A program made the position numbers and the translations under genes. From the human T2T-CHM13v2.0 reference genome, Homo sapiens: DNA of 64,000 bases. The DNA lies in assembly GCF_009914755.1 (NCBI RefSeq), contig NC_060937.1; one strand, written 5' to 3'. Positions 1 through 15,384 of the stretch are shown here, piece after piece. The notes beneath the pieces are model-generated. The model saw only the letters and a list, made by a program, of their open reading frames with translations, was not told the origin of the DNA and did no database searches. The number at the start of each line of letters is the position of its first letter. The first letter of the stretch is position 1.

Positions 1-105
1 AAAGCAGTAGGCTGGTGGCTGGAACAGGACTTGAGGGACTCTAGATGCTCAACACTGGGTCATGCCTAAATGCAACAGGAGGGAAAGCTATGGGAGGATG
101 AAGAG

Positions 106-530
106 GGTAGCATTCAGTTTCACTCTAAGCTGCCTCCATACATAGCTTTAGGCCAAGCAACCTAAAGGCTTCTAGTACATGATGAACGGTAACCTCACTG
201 GATGAGTAAACAGCCTGCATCCTACTCTTGTAACAAGTAGCCAAGTCTCAATCAATCACAGCAGATGAGCTTGGTCCAAGCACAGGTGACCAACTGTTTA
301 AAGCTGTTCAAATAAGGCAAACACCCAGCTGTGACCAATCCAGCTGTTTCTGTACCTCAGTTCCTATTTCTATACACTCCTTTTCCTACCCATAAATGTT
401 ATCCAGCCATGTGGCTGCCCTGCAGTCTCTCTCAACCTCTTCTGGTTCTAGAGGATGCCCAATTCATGAATGGTCCTTTGTCCAATTAAACTCTGTTACA
501 TTTAATTTGTCTAAAGCTTTTCTTTTAACA
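106..530 (+). mobile_element. ERV1 solo LTR, MER57-like
   Basis: Resembles recalled MER57 consensus: 'aagctgcctcc', 'gttcaaataaggcaaac', 'ccaatccagctgtttctgtacctca', 3' end 'attaaactctgttacatttaatttgtctaaagcttttcttttaaca'. Confidence 0.75.
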
Positions 531-996
531 GAAGCAATCAGGACTCTGGGTCCCTGGGAAAGTGAAATGATTAGGAATCAGGTAGGAAAACCAGGCTTGA
601 TGGGAGAAAATCCACATCATTTCTCCAGGAGAAAGGAGGAAAGCCTGGGGGTGTGGGGCTGGGTTATATTCCTGGATCTGGGGAGGAAAGCTTGAGTGTT
701 CCCAGCTGTTAACTCCATGAAGCAGGAGGTGAGACCATCAGCTGAGAGTGAGAAAGGGGGAAAGGGCTGGGGAGAGGGGTGGAAAGAGACTGAACTGAGT
801 ATTCATTGTGAAGAACTGAAAGTGAGCTGGCAGGGATTGTGGCTGCTGTTTCCAGGAACGCTTTTTTGACTGAATCTGCATGTGTCATTTTGGAGACTCC
901 AACCTGTACTTGAGTTGAAAATAGAAAAAGCCCCATCACCCCTACTCCCACCTCCTTCCAGCCTTTGTCAGAAGTTGAAGCGAAATGGGTTTCCGC

Positions 997-1528
<532 letters not shown>

Positions 1529-3223
1529 TCAGAAACAAACAGAAGTGATTTTGCAGTTCTGGCCTGCCTTTCTGAGCTGTCTTTTGGGTGCAGAGGGTGC
1601 CCTGGCAGGGAGGGAACAGGGTTAGGTGGCTGAGCTTGTCAGGCTGGTCAGACTGATTCCCTGGTGTGGGACAGGGAATGAACGTAGAGTCCTGAGTGGG
1701 GCAGAGACCGGCTTCTGCTTCCGTATGGAACCATGGGGCCCCTGGAGCCTTCTGCCCTGCAGAAGAGAAAGTTGTAGCTTATTAGAAAGGGAAAGACTTG
1801 AATGAATTTTGAGTACAGCTTGTGCAAATGCTTAATTAGAGTAAGCTTTTAAAATTCATCTTGTGGCTCATTGACTCAAAGGTGTGAGAAAGGCTATATT
1901 TATCACTCCTCCAGACCCAGCTAGATCATTAAGAAGAAAATGAAAGGTTCTAAATTTTAACAACCTTTCCTTCAGCAAAGACTCTGTAGATGGAACATTG
2001 AGGGCATTTCCATTTAATTTATAGCAAAGCCTTTCTTTTGACCCTGAAGTGAGTAGTGAGGGAAGGAGCTGCTGGGCTGATGATGGCCAATGGCTTTTGT
2101 GGATGAGGAAGGGGGACAGGGAAGGAAGCTGGGCTTTTCTTAATGATCTGCAATTGACAGACATCTTATTTCTCTATCTCATTTTACTCTCACAACAACC
2201 ATATACAGTAGGAATCTCTCCCCTCCTCCTCCCCCCACCCCAGGTTCTGTGGAAATGACCCACTTCATAGGAGGGTCAGAACAGTTGTGTGAACTGCTTA
2301 AAGATCCAGAGATAATAAGAGGAGGATCTGTGTTCCCCAAAGCCAATTACCTTTCAACTAACTATGCCATAAAAATTCCCAGAGTTGAAAAGAGGCCCTT
2401 AAGAAAAACAGTATGTATATGATATCCTAGTTCAGATTGATGGGAAATGCTCTGTCAGTAGAGACTGTCCGCATCTGCTATGTCCCAGGCACTGCACTAG
2501 GTTGAGTAATATTTCAGAGATGCAAAAATCATGTCCCCACTGCAGGAGCCCAGGGAGTCCCCAGATATATCTAGCACCCCCTTAGTGGAGCCAGTGCTAT
2601 GTTATAGACAAGCCAGAAGAATGTGAGTCCCTGTCTTGAGGTCCCAAGAGCTTCACTGGGAAGAGAAGACATATAGGCAGAAATGTCAAAGAACAAGCCA
2701 ACCCCTAATAGGCCTGCTCATTAATGTAGATGTTAGAGCGTGTGGGGCAGAGATTCATGCTACAGGGCAACACAGGAAGACAAAATGGGAGGGCTGAGCT
2801 GCTGGGAGAAGCTGTCTGCAGGAAATAGGTCATGACGACATGATGTATCTGGTGATGCCGTGAAGGGCCCCTGCTAAAGGTGTCTCCCCCCTGGGGCCAT
2901 TTCACACTTCACATGATGTGATGGAAAAATAATTGGGCCATCTAACCCTAACTCTGCTACTGAAATCGAATGACCTTGACTGAGTCACTAACTCCTTTTG
3001 GTCCCAGGTTTTGTTGTCTTATCCATCTAAAATGAAGCAGTGGGACATGCTGGACTCTGGGCCTTCTTAATCCCATGCTTATTAGGCCCAAAAGGAACAG
3101 TAAATTCTCCTTTAAGACAAAAGTTCATTTGATTTGATTTGATGATTATGTCACACATAACATCCAGGAAGTTTCCCATGACTCAAAGCAGAAGGATAAA
3201 GACATGGGATAACACTGAGAGAA

Positions 3224-3635
<412 letters not shown>

Positions 3636-4544
3636 CTAACATAGGAAAGTCAACTTTAAAAATGAAGTACAAAAGACACATCTAGTCATTGAGTTAAATG
3701 TACAGTTTCTTCTTGGCTGAAGAAATACAGGAGTTTTCCCATAGAAATGACTCACTGAGAATCAAGCAATTTTGATGAAACAAAAATAAAAACAAAAAAA
3801 AAAAACCCACACTTCACTTCATCTTGGTAAAACTGCAGGACTCCAACAACAGAGAGAAAGTTTTAAAAACTTCCAGAGGGATACAAGCAAGGGACTTACA
3901 AAAAAACAAGAATAAAAGTGTCCACAGTCATCTTGTTGATGATAACAAAGCAATTCCTTTAATATCCTGAAAGTTATTTTGAACCTGAAATTGTATCTCC
4001 AGTCAAATGATCAATCCAAGATTATCTAAGTGGCCAATAAACATACGAATAGACACTCATCATCATTTCTTATCACAGAAATGCAAATTAAACCCACAGC
4101 AATATATCTACCAGTATGACTAAAATTAAGAGTACTGACAACAAGTGTTGACAAGGATGTGAATCAACTGCAGCTCTCATCTATTGCTGGTGGGAGTGTG
4201 AATGGCTCAGCCACTTTGGAAAATTATTTGACAGGATCTACTATATATCCAAGAGATGTTCACAAAAAGACATGCGCAAAGATGTTCACGGCAGACTTAT
4301 TTGTAATTGCCAAAACTTTAAGACACTCCAAATGTCCATCAACAGAAGAGTGGATAAGCTCCTTACAACACGTCTACTTAAAAAGGGCAAACTACTGATA
4401 TCCACAATAACATGGGATAATCTCATAGTTAATATGTTGAGTGAAAGACACCAAATATGAAGTAGAAACTGAACGATTCCATTTATATGAAGTCCTAGAA
4501 TAGGCAAAACTAATCTGTGGTGATAAAACCTAGTCATTGCCTGA

Positions 4545-5273
<729 letters not shown>

Positions 5274-5531
5274 TGAGTTAGACATAGATAAAAGATACCA
5301 CTTGGTGCTTGCAGGGTTCTTTGTTGAGAGGCAAGATTCTGATGGCAAAAAATTATATTTCCTTCTCTAAAGTTTCGATTATGCTACTCATCTATGCAAT
5401 AATTTTTTATAATTATAATCTTATAGATCTATTTATGCAATTTCAGTGGTTAAAGTCAATTTAAAGATGAAGCACAAAAGACATGTTTAGTCACAAAACA
5501 GATACAAAATTGACAAGCATAGACAACGTAA

Positions 5532-5834
<303 letters not shown>

Positions 5835-6614
5835 TAAAATTGATACAACTGACTGAAACTAGGGGCAGGAGGGAAGGTATTCACCTCCTAATCTTTAAGG
5901 CTGGGAGTCCACAGATACAATCTAAGGTGAATAAACCAAAAAACTGGAGTTGATGCATGCAATTTAAAGTATTAAAAGCAACTATTAGAGAAAATAACAA
6001 TAACATTGTATGAAATATCAGGACTGAGAGGAGATGGTGAGAGGTAGTGTAAGGTGAAATTCTTTGTCTTTCAGAACAGATTGTCCATAGATACTGTCTG
6101 CTCATCAATTTATGGATAGTCTTCTCTGAAATATAAGAAAAAATTACAAGGAATCGCCAGGAGAAGTTTTTAAAACCAAGAAAAAGACAAAAAGAATGTT
6201 AGCTACCTGGAAATGAGTCCAGGATGCAATGGTAAGGACTAAGGTATTTACATTTTATCCAGTCGATGCCTGCCTGTCTGCGTATTTTAAGTTTATATTC
6301 ATGAATTATTTTAAGAAGAAAGGAAGGGAGGAGGGAAGGAGGATGGAGAATGAAGGGAAGGCAGACTCTACCTTTTCTGGCTGTGGAGCCCTGGGACAGA
6401 GTGCTGAGGTAGCAGAAGTAGGTCGGCTAAGCTGGAAACTACTGTTTCTTAGAAATGCAATAAAATAATCATTTTTGTGGAAGGGCAGAAACGTATTCTT
6501 CTGCCTGTAAAGATCCATGATGGGAACAGAAGAAGACATTTGGTCTCAGCAGGTTTCAGAATTGAGAAGCCAGAAAAGCTTCTCAGTTGGAAGGTTCAAG
6601 AATTCTGCAGATGA

Positions 6615-6826
6615 GACCTCATCTCCACTACAAACAAACAAACAAAAAATTAGCCAGGTGTGGTGGTAGCGCACGCCTGTGGTCCCAGCTACTCAGGAGG
6701 CTAAGGTAAGAGGATCACTTGAGCCTGGGAGGTCGAGGCTGCAGTGAGCCACAATTGCACCACTGCATTCCAGCCTGGGTGACAGAGAGAGACGCTGTCT
6801 CAAAAATAAATAAATAAATAAATAAA
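6615..6826 (+). mobile_element. AluJ, 5'-truncated
   Basis: Right arm 'gaggatcacttgagcctgggaggtcgaggctgcagtgagcc' with (TAAA)n tail. Confidence 0.9.
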
Positions 6827-7439
6827 GGAGCTCTGCAGAGGAGCTTTAGAAGAGCGCAGTTCTCCACATATAAGGTGGAAAACTCCATGGTTTTCTGTTC
6901 AGACCATTGTGTTTGGAAACTCGACACTGTCTCAGAAAATAAGTCTTTTCACCGCATCATCCATTCTACAAAGCTTAATTGAGCCCAACTGTGCCAGGCT
7001 TGGAATCCAGTGAGCCAAACACCAGCCTCAGTTCCCCCATCCTGAGCTTGCGGTGAGGGCGGGAGTGAGGGCAATGCAGAAAGACACAGCCAAGATGTGA
7101 ACCAGGGCAGGCACATGAAGATGGAGAAAAGACAGGAAGGGCTGTGGACAGGACTTTTTCCTGTATTGAAGCAAGTGGATTTAAGAATGTCACCAGGTGG
7201 GAGACAGAGCCTGAACACAAAGCCTAACTCCGTGCTTCCTGGTTCTCTGACCTCAGTTTCCTATATACATAAAACAGAGACCGTCTTTGTGATGATTCAT
7301 TAAAGTGCCAAGACAAGGCTAGCCACCGGAAGTGCTCCAAGGAGTCAAGACATAGACAGGAGGCTACTCAGGACCAGGAAGCAAGACCTCCAGGGGCATC
7401 ACTGCAGCCCAGAAAAGATCTGAGTCAGACTGGCAGAGC

Positions 7440-8190
7440 CACAGAGGGCGTGTAGGGGGCTCTGCCCCACCCTTGTGCTCCCATCACTCGTCATTTCTCA
7501 ACCCCTCCACCGTATTTTCAGGCGGGAGCACCCTGCTGTCCGGCAGCCTTCCTTCCCCTCTGCCGTGGGCCGGGCTGGGAGAGGTGCCTGAACTCCGCGG
7601 GCAACCCAGGGCTCAGGCGAGGAAGGGACGGCGCTGTGATGGAGCAGGAGCTGCTGGGGAGAGCTGGCCCCAGGTGCAGTGCAGTGGGCTCCTGTCACTG
7701 TGGCGCAGAATACTAGCTGTGCTGATCTTTCTCTGGAGCACACATTCCTGTCTGTGAGTGGAGGGAGTAGGAGAGGGTCCACTTTCCCTTTTCTACTAAC
7801 TTAGTCATTGAAGAGGCGGCTCAGTCCTAGCTCTGAGTCCTGCTGCTTGGTGGGGAGCGGCGGGCCACGTAGGCGAGGACCTGGACGCGCCCAGGGCTGG
7901 CTTCACTGCTGTAGCCCGGGCCTGAGCGTTAAATTCCAGCCTGAGGTCCCACCGCGGCCTCCTTCGCACAAGCAGGCCTCTTTCTCAGGCCCCCTGCTTC
8001 TTTCCTCCCTTTCCAGGGAGCCTGGGAACTGGCAGACACCCACTCCTCCCGTGGGGAGTTGCGGAGGGCCCCGTGCCAGTCCCTATCTCACTCAGGCTCA
8101 TTTACCTGATGCCTTCCTCTACCAGGGTTCTACTGGGGAGAAGCACTTGGTGCCCTTGGGCTCGGCCTCTCTGCGTAACCGGGTGTCTAC
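7440..8190. promoter_or_regulatory. GC/CpG-enriched unique region, candidate weak CpG island or regulatory element
   Basis: Clearly higher CpG density than the flanks; no repeat recognised. Function is inferred. Confidence 0.45.
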
Positions 8191-8654
8191 TGAGATTTTT
8201 ATTGTCTGTTTCTTTCGCCTGCTCCTTCTCAGAGACCCAGGCAACATCCTAATCATCTCTTTCAGATTTCTTCTTCTTCCTCTACCAGGAGGGATTTTTT
8301 TCTCCTTTCTAGGACGTAGTCTGTCTTCTGACCCCTATCCTGCTTCCCTTCTACAACAGGTTTTACGGTAATACTCTGTCTTCACGCTGCTAAGGTTTGT
8401 CCTTGTCCTATAAAGGGAAGCTTTTTATATAAAACTTTTCTCTATCATTGAAGTCTGGCTTTCAATACTATCATTTCTTTGCGGCCTGAAGAGTCTCCAA
8501 ATGGAGACTCAAAATGCATGGTGATTTCTTTCTTCAAGGCAGTATGCACCCCTCCTCTCTACCCTTTCCCCACCACCAATAAATTCCACTGATTCCATAT
8601 GTGAGGAGCCACAGAACAACAACCAATGTATGTGGCATTAAAAATACATCAGTC

Positions 8655-8960
8655 GGCCGGGCGCGGTGGCTCACGCTTGTAATCCCAGCACTTTGGGAGC
8701 CGAAGCGGGTGGATCACGAGGTCTGGAGATCGAGACCATCCTGTCCAACATGGTGAAAGCCCATTTTTACTAAAAATACAAAAATTAGCTGGGTGTGGTG
8801 GTGCATGCTTGTAATCCCAGCTACTTGGGAGGCTGAGGCAGGAGAATCGCTTGAACCCGGGAGGCAGAGTTGCAGTCAGCCGAGATCACACCACTGCACT
8901 TCAGCCTGGCGACAGAGCGAGACTCCGTCTCAAAACAAACAAACAAACAAACAAACAAAA
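8655..8960 (+). mobile_element. AluSc-like
   Basis: 'ggatcacgaggtc..gagatcgagaccatcctg' with (CAAA)n tail. Confidence 0.93.
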
Positions 8961-9099
8961 CACCAATCTAATATGGTCCCACACACACTATTCCTATTAC
9001 ACAAACAACTGATACATTATGTGGCAGTTGGAATGACAGGGCCACAGTTCCTAGGTCCTGGTCTTGTTGGGTTAGGGCAGGTGTGACATAGGGCCATCC

Positions 9100-9412
9100 A
9101 CTGAGCAGCTGGGACGATGGAAATGGAATTCTCACCATTCTGGAAGCTGGGAATACAAGATGAAGGCCAGCAGCCTTGGCTTTTGGTGAGATCCTGTTTC
9201 CTGGCTTGTAGTCTTATCACTGTGTCCTCCCATGTTGGGAAAGGACCAGAGAGCTCTCTAGGGTCCCTTTCATAATGGCACTAATCCCATTATCAGGGCT
9301 CCACCCTCAGGATCAAATCGCTTCCCAGAGGCCCCACCTCTTCATGTCATCACATTGGGATCAGAGATTCAACATAGAAAGTTTGGGGGATACAGATATT
9401 CAGTCCATAGCA
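9100..9412 (-). mobile_element. MaLR LTR (MLT1A/MST-type)
   Basis: 'ggcactaatcccatt..gggctccaccctca..ggccccacctc..attcagtccatagca'. Confidence 0.8.
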
Positions 9413-12400
9413 GTCCTAGACCCAAGACAGCAGGCAAAGTCCATTTAGGTAATAGCCTGTAGATTGCTTTTCCTTTGTGCTGAGTTTAAGTAGAGCTTAA
9501 GCTGCTGTCCCTGCAGTATCTGGGGTCATTGTTGCTGTCAGGAGGGACACAGCTGGAGGTGTGGAGATAACCCAGAGGGAAGTGAGGCCAGCCCTGGGAA
9601 GAAGGCTAGCAACAGCGTCTGCCCCTTAGAAGGGAGGCAGCCCAGGCAGAAATGTTTTCTGCATGGCTGAGATGGGACATTTGCACAGCTTGTTAATAAA
9701 GCCTGAATTTTGCTGGGGGAAGGGGGCGGGGACAGAATGAGGATAAAGTTAGAAAGGGGTTTAGCCTGTAAACAAAGCCAGACTCACTCTGCTCTGCTGT
9801 CTAAGCTCTGCTTCCACCTGAGGACTGAGATTTCTCTAATGCAAGGGCCCAAAAGGAAGCAGGGCTCATGGATTTCACCAGATCACAGACAGCGGGACTC
9901 TGAGAAGTGTAAGCACAGACAGGTGGCAACACCAGACGCAGAACCAGGCGGCAACACTGCGGGCCAGCCAGAGCTGGGGCTGGGGCTGGGCCTGGGCTGT
10001 GGGCTGGGGATGCGGAGATCCTTTCCTCCCCTTCACTCACAGGCTCGCTTCCACCCTGCAGACTCACGAGCCTTCCTTCGGAGGGTGACGACTGGCACAA
10101 AGCCTCAGCACCCACAGATCCTGCTGGCCCACCACCCTCAGCGGGGGGCCGCACTTCACAGTTTCTAAAGGGCTTCCGCACCCTTCCTCATTGGGGTCCA
10201 TGGGGCAGGTATTTTTAAGTCAGTGTAGAGGTGACAGAACTGGGATTCCGAGGGGTTGAGGGGTTCACATGTCCAGCGTGTGGGAGACTCAGGACCCACA
10301 TGGGCATGTCCTCAGGGCACCCTGGCTGTTGCATGCCCAGGACCCCAGGTATTTGGACGAAGGGTTCAAACCCAGGTTCTGAGTGAAGCCCAGTGCCCAC
10401 CCCACCCCTGCCCCAGCGCCTACCCATGGGCCCGCACGTGCGCCTCTCTCTGGCTTGCTCCTTCCTCCTTATTCCCAGCATCATGTTAGGCTTGGGTGGC
10501 TCCTGGCTGGAGGACTCACTCGCACAGCCCCGCTGATGCTTGGGGCTGCAGGGGCTGCACTTGGAGGCTCTTGCCGGTGATATTCCTTATCTGGGATCCA
10601 TTCATATTTTTCTCTCACCGCAGTCAACCACTAGGTAGGAGGAGACACATATGTAGCTGGGCGTTTGGTCAACTCTGTAGAAACGTTGGGGGCAAGGACC
10701 ACATCTCGATTCTTGTGTGCCCAGTCCTTACCACAAGGCATGAGCCCTACAAATACCATTACTGCATCAATGTGGCACTAAACGCAACTTGCTGTGGTGA
10801 GGCTGGGTTGGTCATAAGGTAATATGGGAACTTCACACGTGTATTCATTTTTAACTGATAAAAATCATGAAATAAAACTACTGAAAGTACAGGAAAGCAA
10901 CTTTGTAAATTAAGAAACCAAAGCAAAGATTGTATGGCTTTTGTAACAGTGTAAGATTATAATTATTCTGGAACATAAAAAATAAAAATAAAGCTGTAGG
11001 TGCTGTGGCATAATTCAGCTGACCTAACATTTCATTTGTACCATCCCAGGAAGAAACCCATCCCCACCGTGGGCTCCAACCTAATGATTCTTCCTGCAAG
11101 GGCCACGAAGACAAGACATCCTTGGCCTCTGAGACTAAGGATGGAGCATGGAGCCTGGTGTTGGCTCTCCAGGGAGCAGCTTCTGGTTTATTTGCTGTCT
11201 CCTATCCTTAATCGGTCAACACTGACCTTGGCAACAGGGACAGGGCTCACTGGGGCTTAGGTTATTCCTCTCCCCACAGCTTCCTTAGCACGCTGCTCAT
11301 CCTTAGACATTCCTCCCTAACACTTTTGAATTTAATTCCATTCTCTTTTCAGAGAGAGAGAGAGACTGTGAGTGAGTGAAAATGTAATTTTAAATAAATT
11401 GTGCAATTAGGCAATGCTTGTCTTCGTGCAGCATCTGCCTGGACCAGCTGGTTAGCCGTCTGATTGAAGTGACCCAGAAGCATCTCTGCCATTTCTGTGA
11501 TTTTTATCAACCAAAATTTGGCATCTAGGTTCCTTGCTACAAAGTCTGTAGAGAGAGCACCTAGGGAAGCCTAAGTTGGCCCAGGCCTCTCTCCGGCTTG
11601 CAGCTCTGCCTCCAGCCTTGCTCGTCTGCCAACACTGAGGAGTTCAGCTTCCAGGCTCAGGGACATACAGGTCCCAGGCTCAGTTTTTAGTCTGTGAATT
11701 TACTTATTCAGCATGTAACTCATGCAGAACCGATGTGGCTTCTCTGAACACCCCCTTAACAGGTCACCAACCTTGCTGGAGCCCGTCCTTCAGTCCCCTA
11801 TGACTTGCCTTGCTCAGTTCGCTCCCCTCCCCCATGAACCCCAAGGTCACGGACCCCCTGGGTCCTGCCACCTCCTCTCCTGGCCTCAGCCAGGTCTGCT
11901 CACTCATGTCTTTGATCTCCATGGACAGAGCTGGGGAGGCTTCAGATCACCCTAGTGGAAGAGCGAACAAAGCTGACCCTCACTGGTCTGGCCTCAGTGT
12001 TAAGCACATACAGGACAATGGAACCTTTTATACCTCCAAGAGTGACTTCTCATATAACTCCCATGTGTCTTTAGACTAAAAATGTCTCTGTCGCTTTTGG
12101 TCCTTTTTGAGTTGTATTACAAAGGGCTCCCTGCCTTTGTAGTGCAAAATCAATACGTATCCGCCTCTACAAGGGGGTTAGTCTATGCTGAGCCACAGGA
12201 AGAAGGCAAGTGGGGACAGAAAACCAAACCAAACCGGCCCACCACTCTTACTGGCCCACTGTCCCTGTCCTGCTGACTCCATCCCCTACATGTTTCTGGA
12301 ATCCTCTCTCATCTGCCCATCCCCACAGCACCATCCCATTCCAGGCTATGGGGACTACTGAGCTACCAAAATGTTGACTGCCAATGCTGCAGCCGCCACC

Positions 12401-13523
12401 ACCGCTAAGAAAGTCAAGCAGTTGGTCTACCCTACCACCAGTCTGCTGCCATTTAAAGTGCAGATGTGCCATGAGCAATTGCAGCTGCTGCATGTTGCTC
12501 TGGGAACATGAAGCTGAGGCTCTGCACCTTGGAGAGGCTGCCTCCTGCCTTCTCCTCTCAGGAATTCTGGCTGCCTTTCGGTCCTAGGTCACAACATGCT
12601 AGTCCCTCCCTTATAGAGGCTCTGCCTGGAGCCTTCCAGCCCTCCATCCTTGCTAGCTATATGACCCTTCAATTCCCCCAATCTCTCTCCAATGCTCTAG
12701 GATGAGTTCTCCCACCGCCATGCCACAAGCGCCTCTTACCTATATTAGTCTGACTGCTTGGTAACCTCCCTTACCTGAAGGTGAGCTCTGAGAACAGGAA
12801 CTTAATCTGTTCTGCTCCTTTTGTATCCCCAGCACTTTGGACGCGGCTTAGCATGCAGTAAGTGTGCAGTAAAATATTAGTTGAATGAGTAAATTTGTCT
12901 GGCACTGTTTCTCCACCAAATTTAGAGCTCGGTCATGCCAGTTTGGCTGAGCCCGATTCTTAGCTGAGCTTTGGCCCATCCCCCTCCCCAAGGAGCTAAG
13001 ATCCATCCTTTGTTTCTCTGGGTTCCTGGAGTTCACTATATTTCAGAGGCTCTGGGAAGAATGCACGCAGTCTTCTTACATTTTAGACTGTCAGTCTAAT
13101 CACCAAGTTGCCTCTTTCTCATTGCCCCTTGAGGCATTGGCTGGCAAGACGAACTGTCTCAGATGGTTAATGAAGGCAGCGACCTGCTCCTGGAGAGGTA
13201 GGCTTTAACATTTGATACTAATGACAGGAGCTGTGTGGCTTGGTTGTGTCAGGGCTGAAAGCAACACTGAGGGAGAGACGGAGCCCGAGACAGCAAGCTG
13301 GAAGTTGGACTCTAGTGCAGGCCAGAACAGAACAGGCTAGGCCCAGCGAGAGCCAGCTGGTAGGACATTACTGGTGGTGGAGGGTCTGCAAGGCTGACAC
13401 AGTGGCGGTTTTCCCTTAGAAGCCCCGGGCTAGATGGAGGGGTGGGACAGAACATTCCAACACACGGGGAAGAACGCAGAGGCAGAACGGCCAACCCAGT
13501 GTGGGAGGGCTGAGAGTCTATGA

Positions 13524-13603
13524 TTAGGTTGGTGCAAAAGAAATTGCTGGTTTTGCCATTGAAAATAATGGCCAAAACCACAATTACTTTTACACCAATA
13601 GAA
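13524..13603. mobile_element. MADE1 (Hsmar1-derived MITE)
   Basis: About 80-bp imperfect palindrome 'ttaggttggtgcaaaag..aattgc..ttttgccatt..aatggccaaaacc.caattacttttacaccaa'. Confidence 0.9.
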
Positions 13604-13678
13604 ATGGGTACAAAGAAATGGGTAAATACTCCCTCAGAGCAGGGGTTTCCACTTTGATTGCACATTGGAATCACCTGA

Positions 13679-14389
<711 letters not shown>

Positions 14390-15384
14390 TGGAGTTGGTA
14401 GTTTTTAAAGCCCCCCTGGTCATTCTAATGTAAGGCCAAGGTTGAGAACCACTGGCTTAGAAGACAAAGGTAATTAAGCCTGGCATAGACTTGGGGAAGT
14501 GAAAGATAGTGGTAGCTGTGCCAGGAAGATATACCCGAAATGACTGCAGTCTGTGGGTTCTTAAAACATGAATCAGATATTGTCAACAAAATCTTATTCA
14601 AATGTCCCTCAGATACCTTAAAGCAGTCCTGTGGTTGGAAAAAATTGAACACTCCCCTAATTTTCTTATTTAGTAGGCTGAGATTTGTACTAATCAGTCA
14701 TTCTTTTCTCATGGCATACAGATAGAAAGTGATGGACAGTTTAATCCCCCAGGAGTTAGTACTGCAGAATCAGACTTCAGCTGAGCACTCATCATTCTTA
14801 AACTCATTGCAAAATAAGTTTGTTTGAAATGCCAACTCCCCAAACCCGATGCCTAAAGATTTGAAGACAGTGAGTCTGTGCAGGGCCTGGACTAGGCATG
14901 TCTAACGAACTCCCCAGGTAATAGTGTAACAAATCTGTGGCCCCACATTGAGAAATGCTGATTTAAGATCTGGGATGAAGGCTAAATGTATCTGGTTTTC
15001 TTAAGAGCATTCTAATCCATCCTATAAACACCCAGTGTAAAGAGTATTTACAATCTAATGGAAGCTGCAGTGAAGAAAATCAATTCCCAGTGCTGCAATT
15101 TAAGTGTGTGTCTAGAACGAGGACAGAAGATGTCCTATTAGGTACATCCCCATACATCACCACACAGATGCTGGCACCTGTGTGCATAGCTCAGGCCTGT
15201 CAGGAAGCATTTTGCACCCCATAGTTCCAGGTAGCCTAATGTCTGCAGTGCTTTCAGAAACACCGGAAGCCCCTGAGAGCTTTCCACCTGTGAGGCGAGC
15301 ATGGGGCAGCTGGCATGCTTCACTTGGGGTCCATACCATTCGAGAGAGACACTGCATAATTTGGGGTACCCCATGAATATACCC

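Noticed and set aside
2572-2589. CTCF-like sequence (reverse CCACTAAGGGGGTGCTA)
   Set aside because: One extra base breaks the core spacing; similar near-matches around 2885, 7190 and 60125 have core mismatches.
7808-8371. 187-aa ORF
   Set aside because: TTG start, GC-rich so stops are scarce, no recognisable homology.
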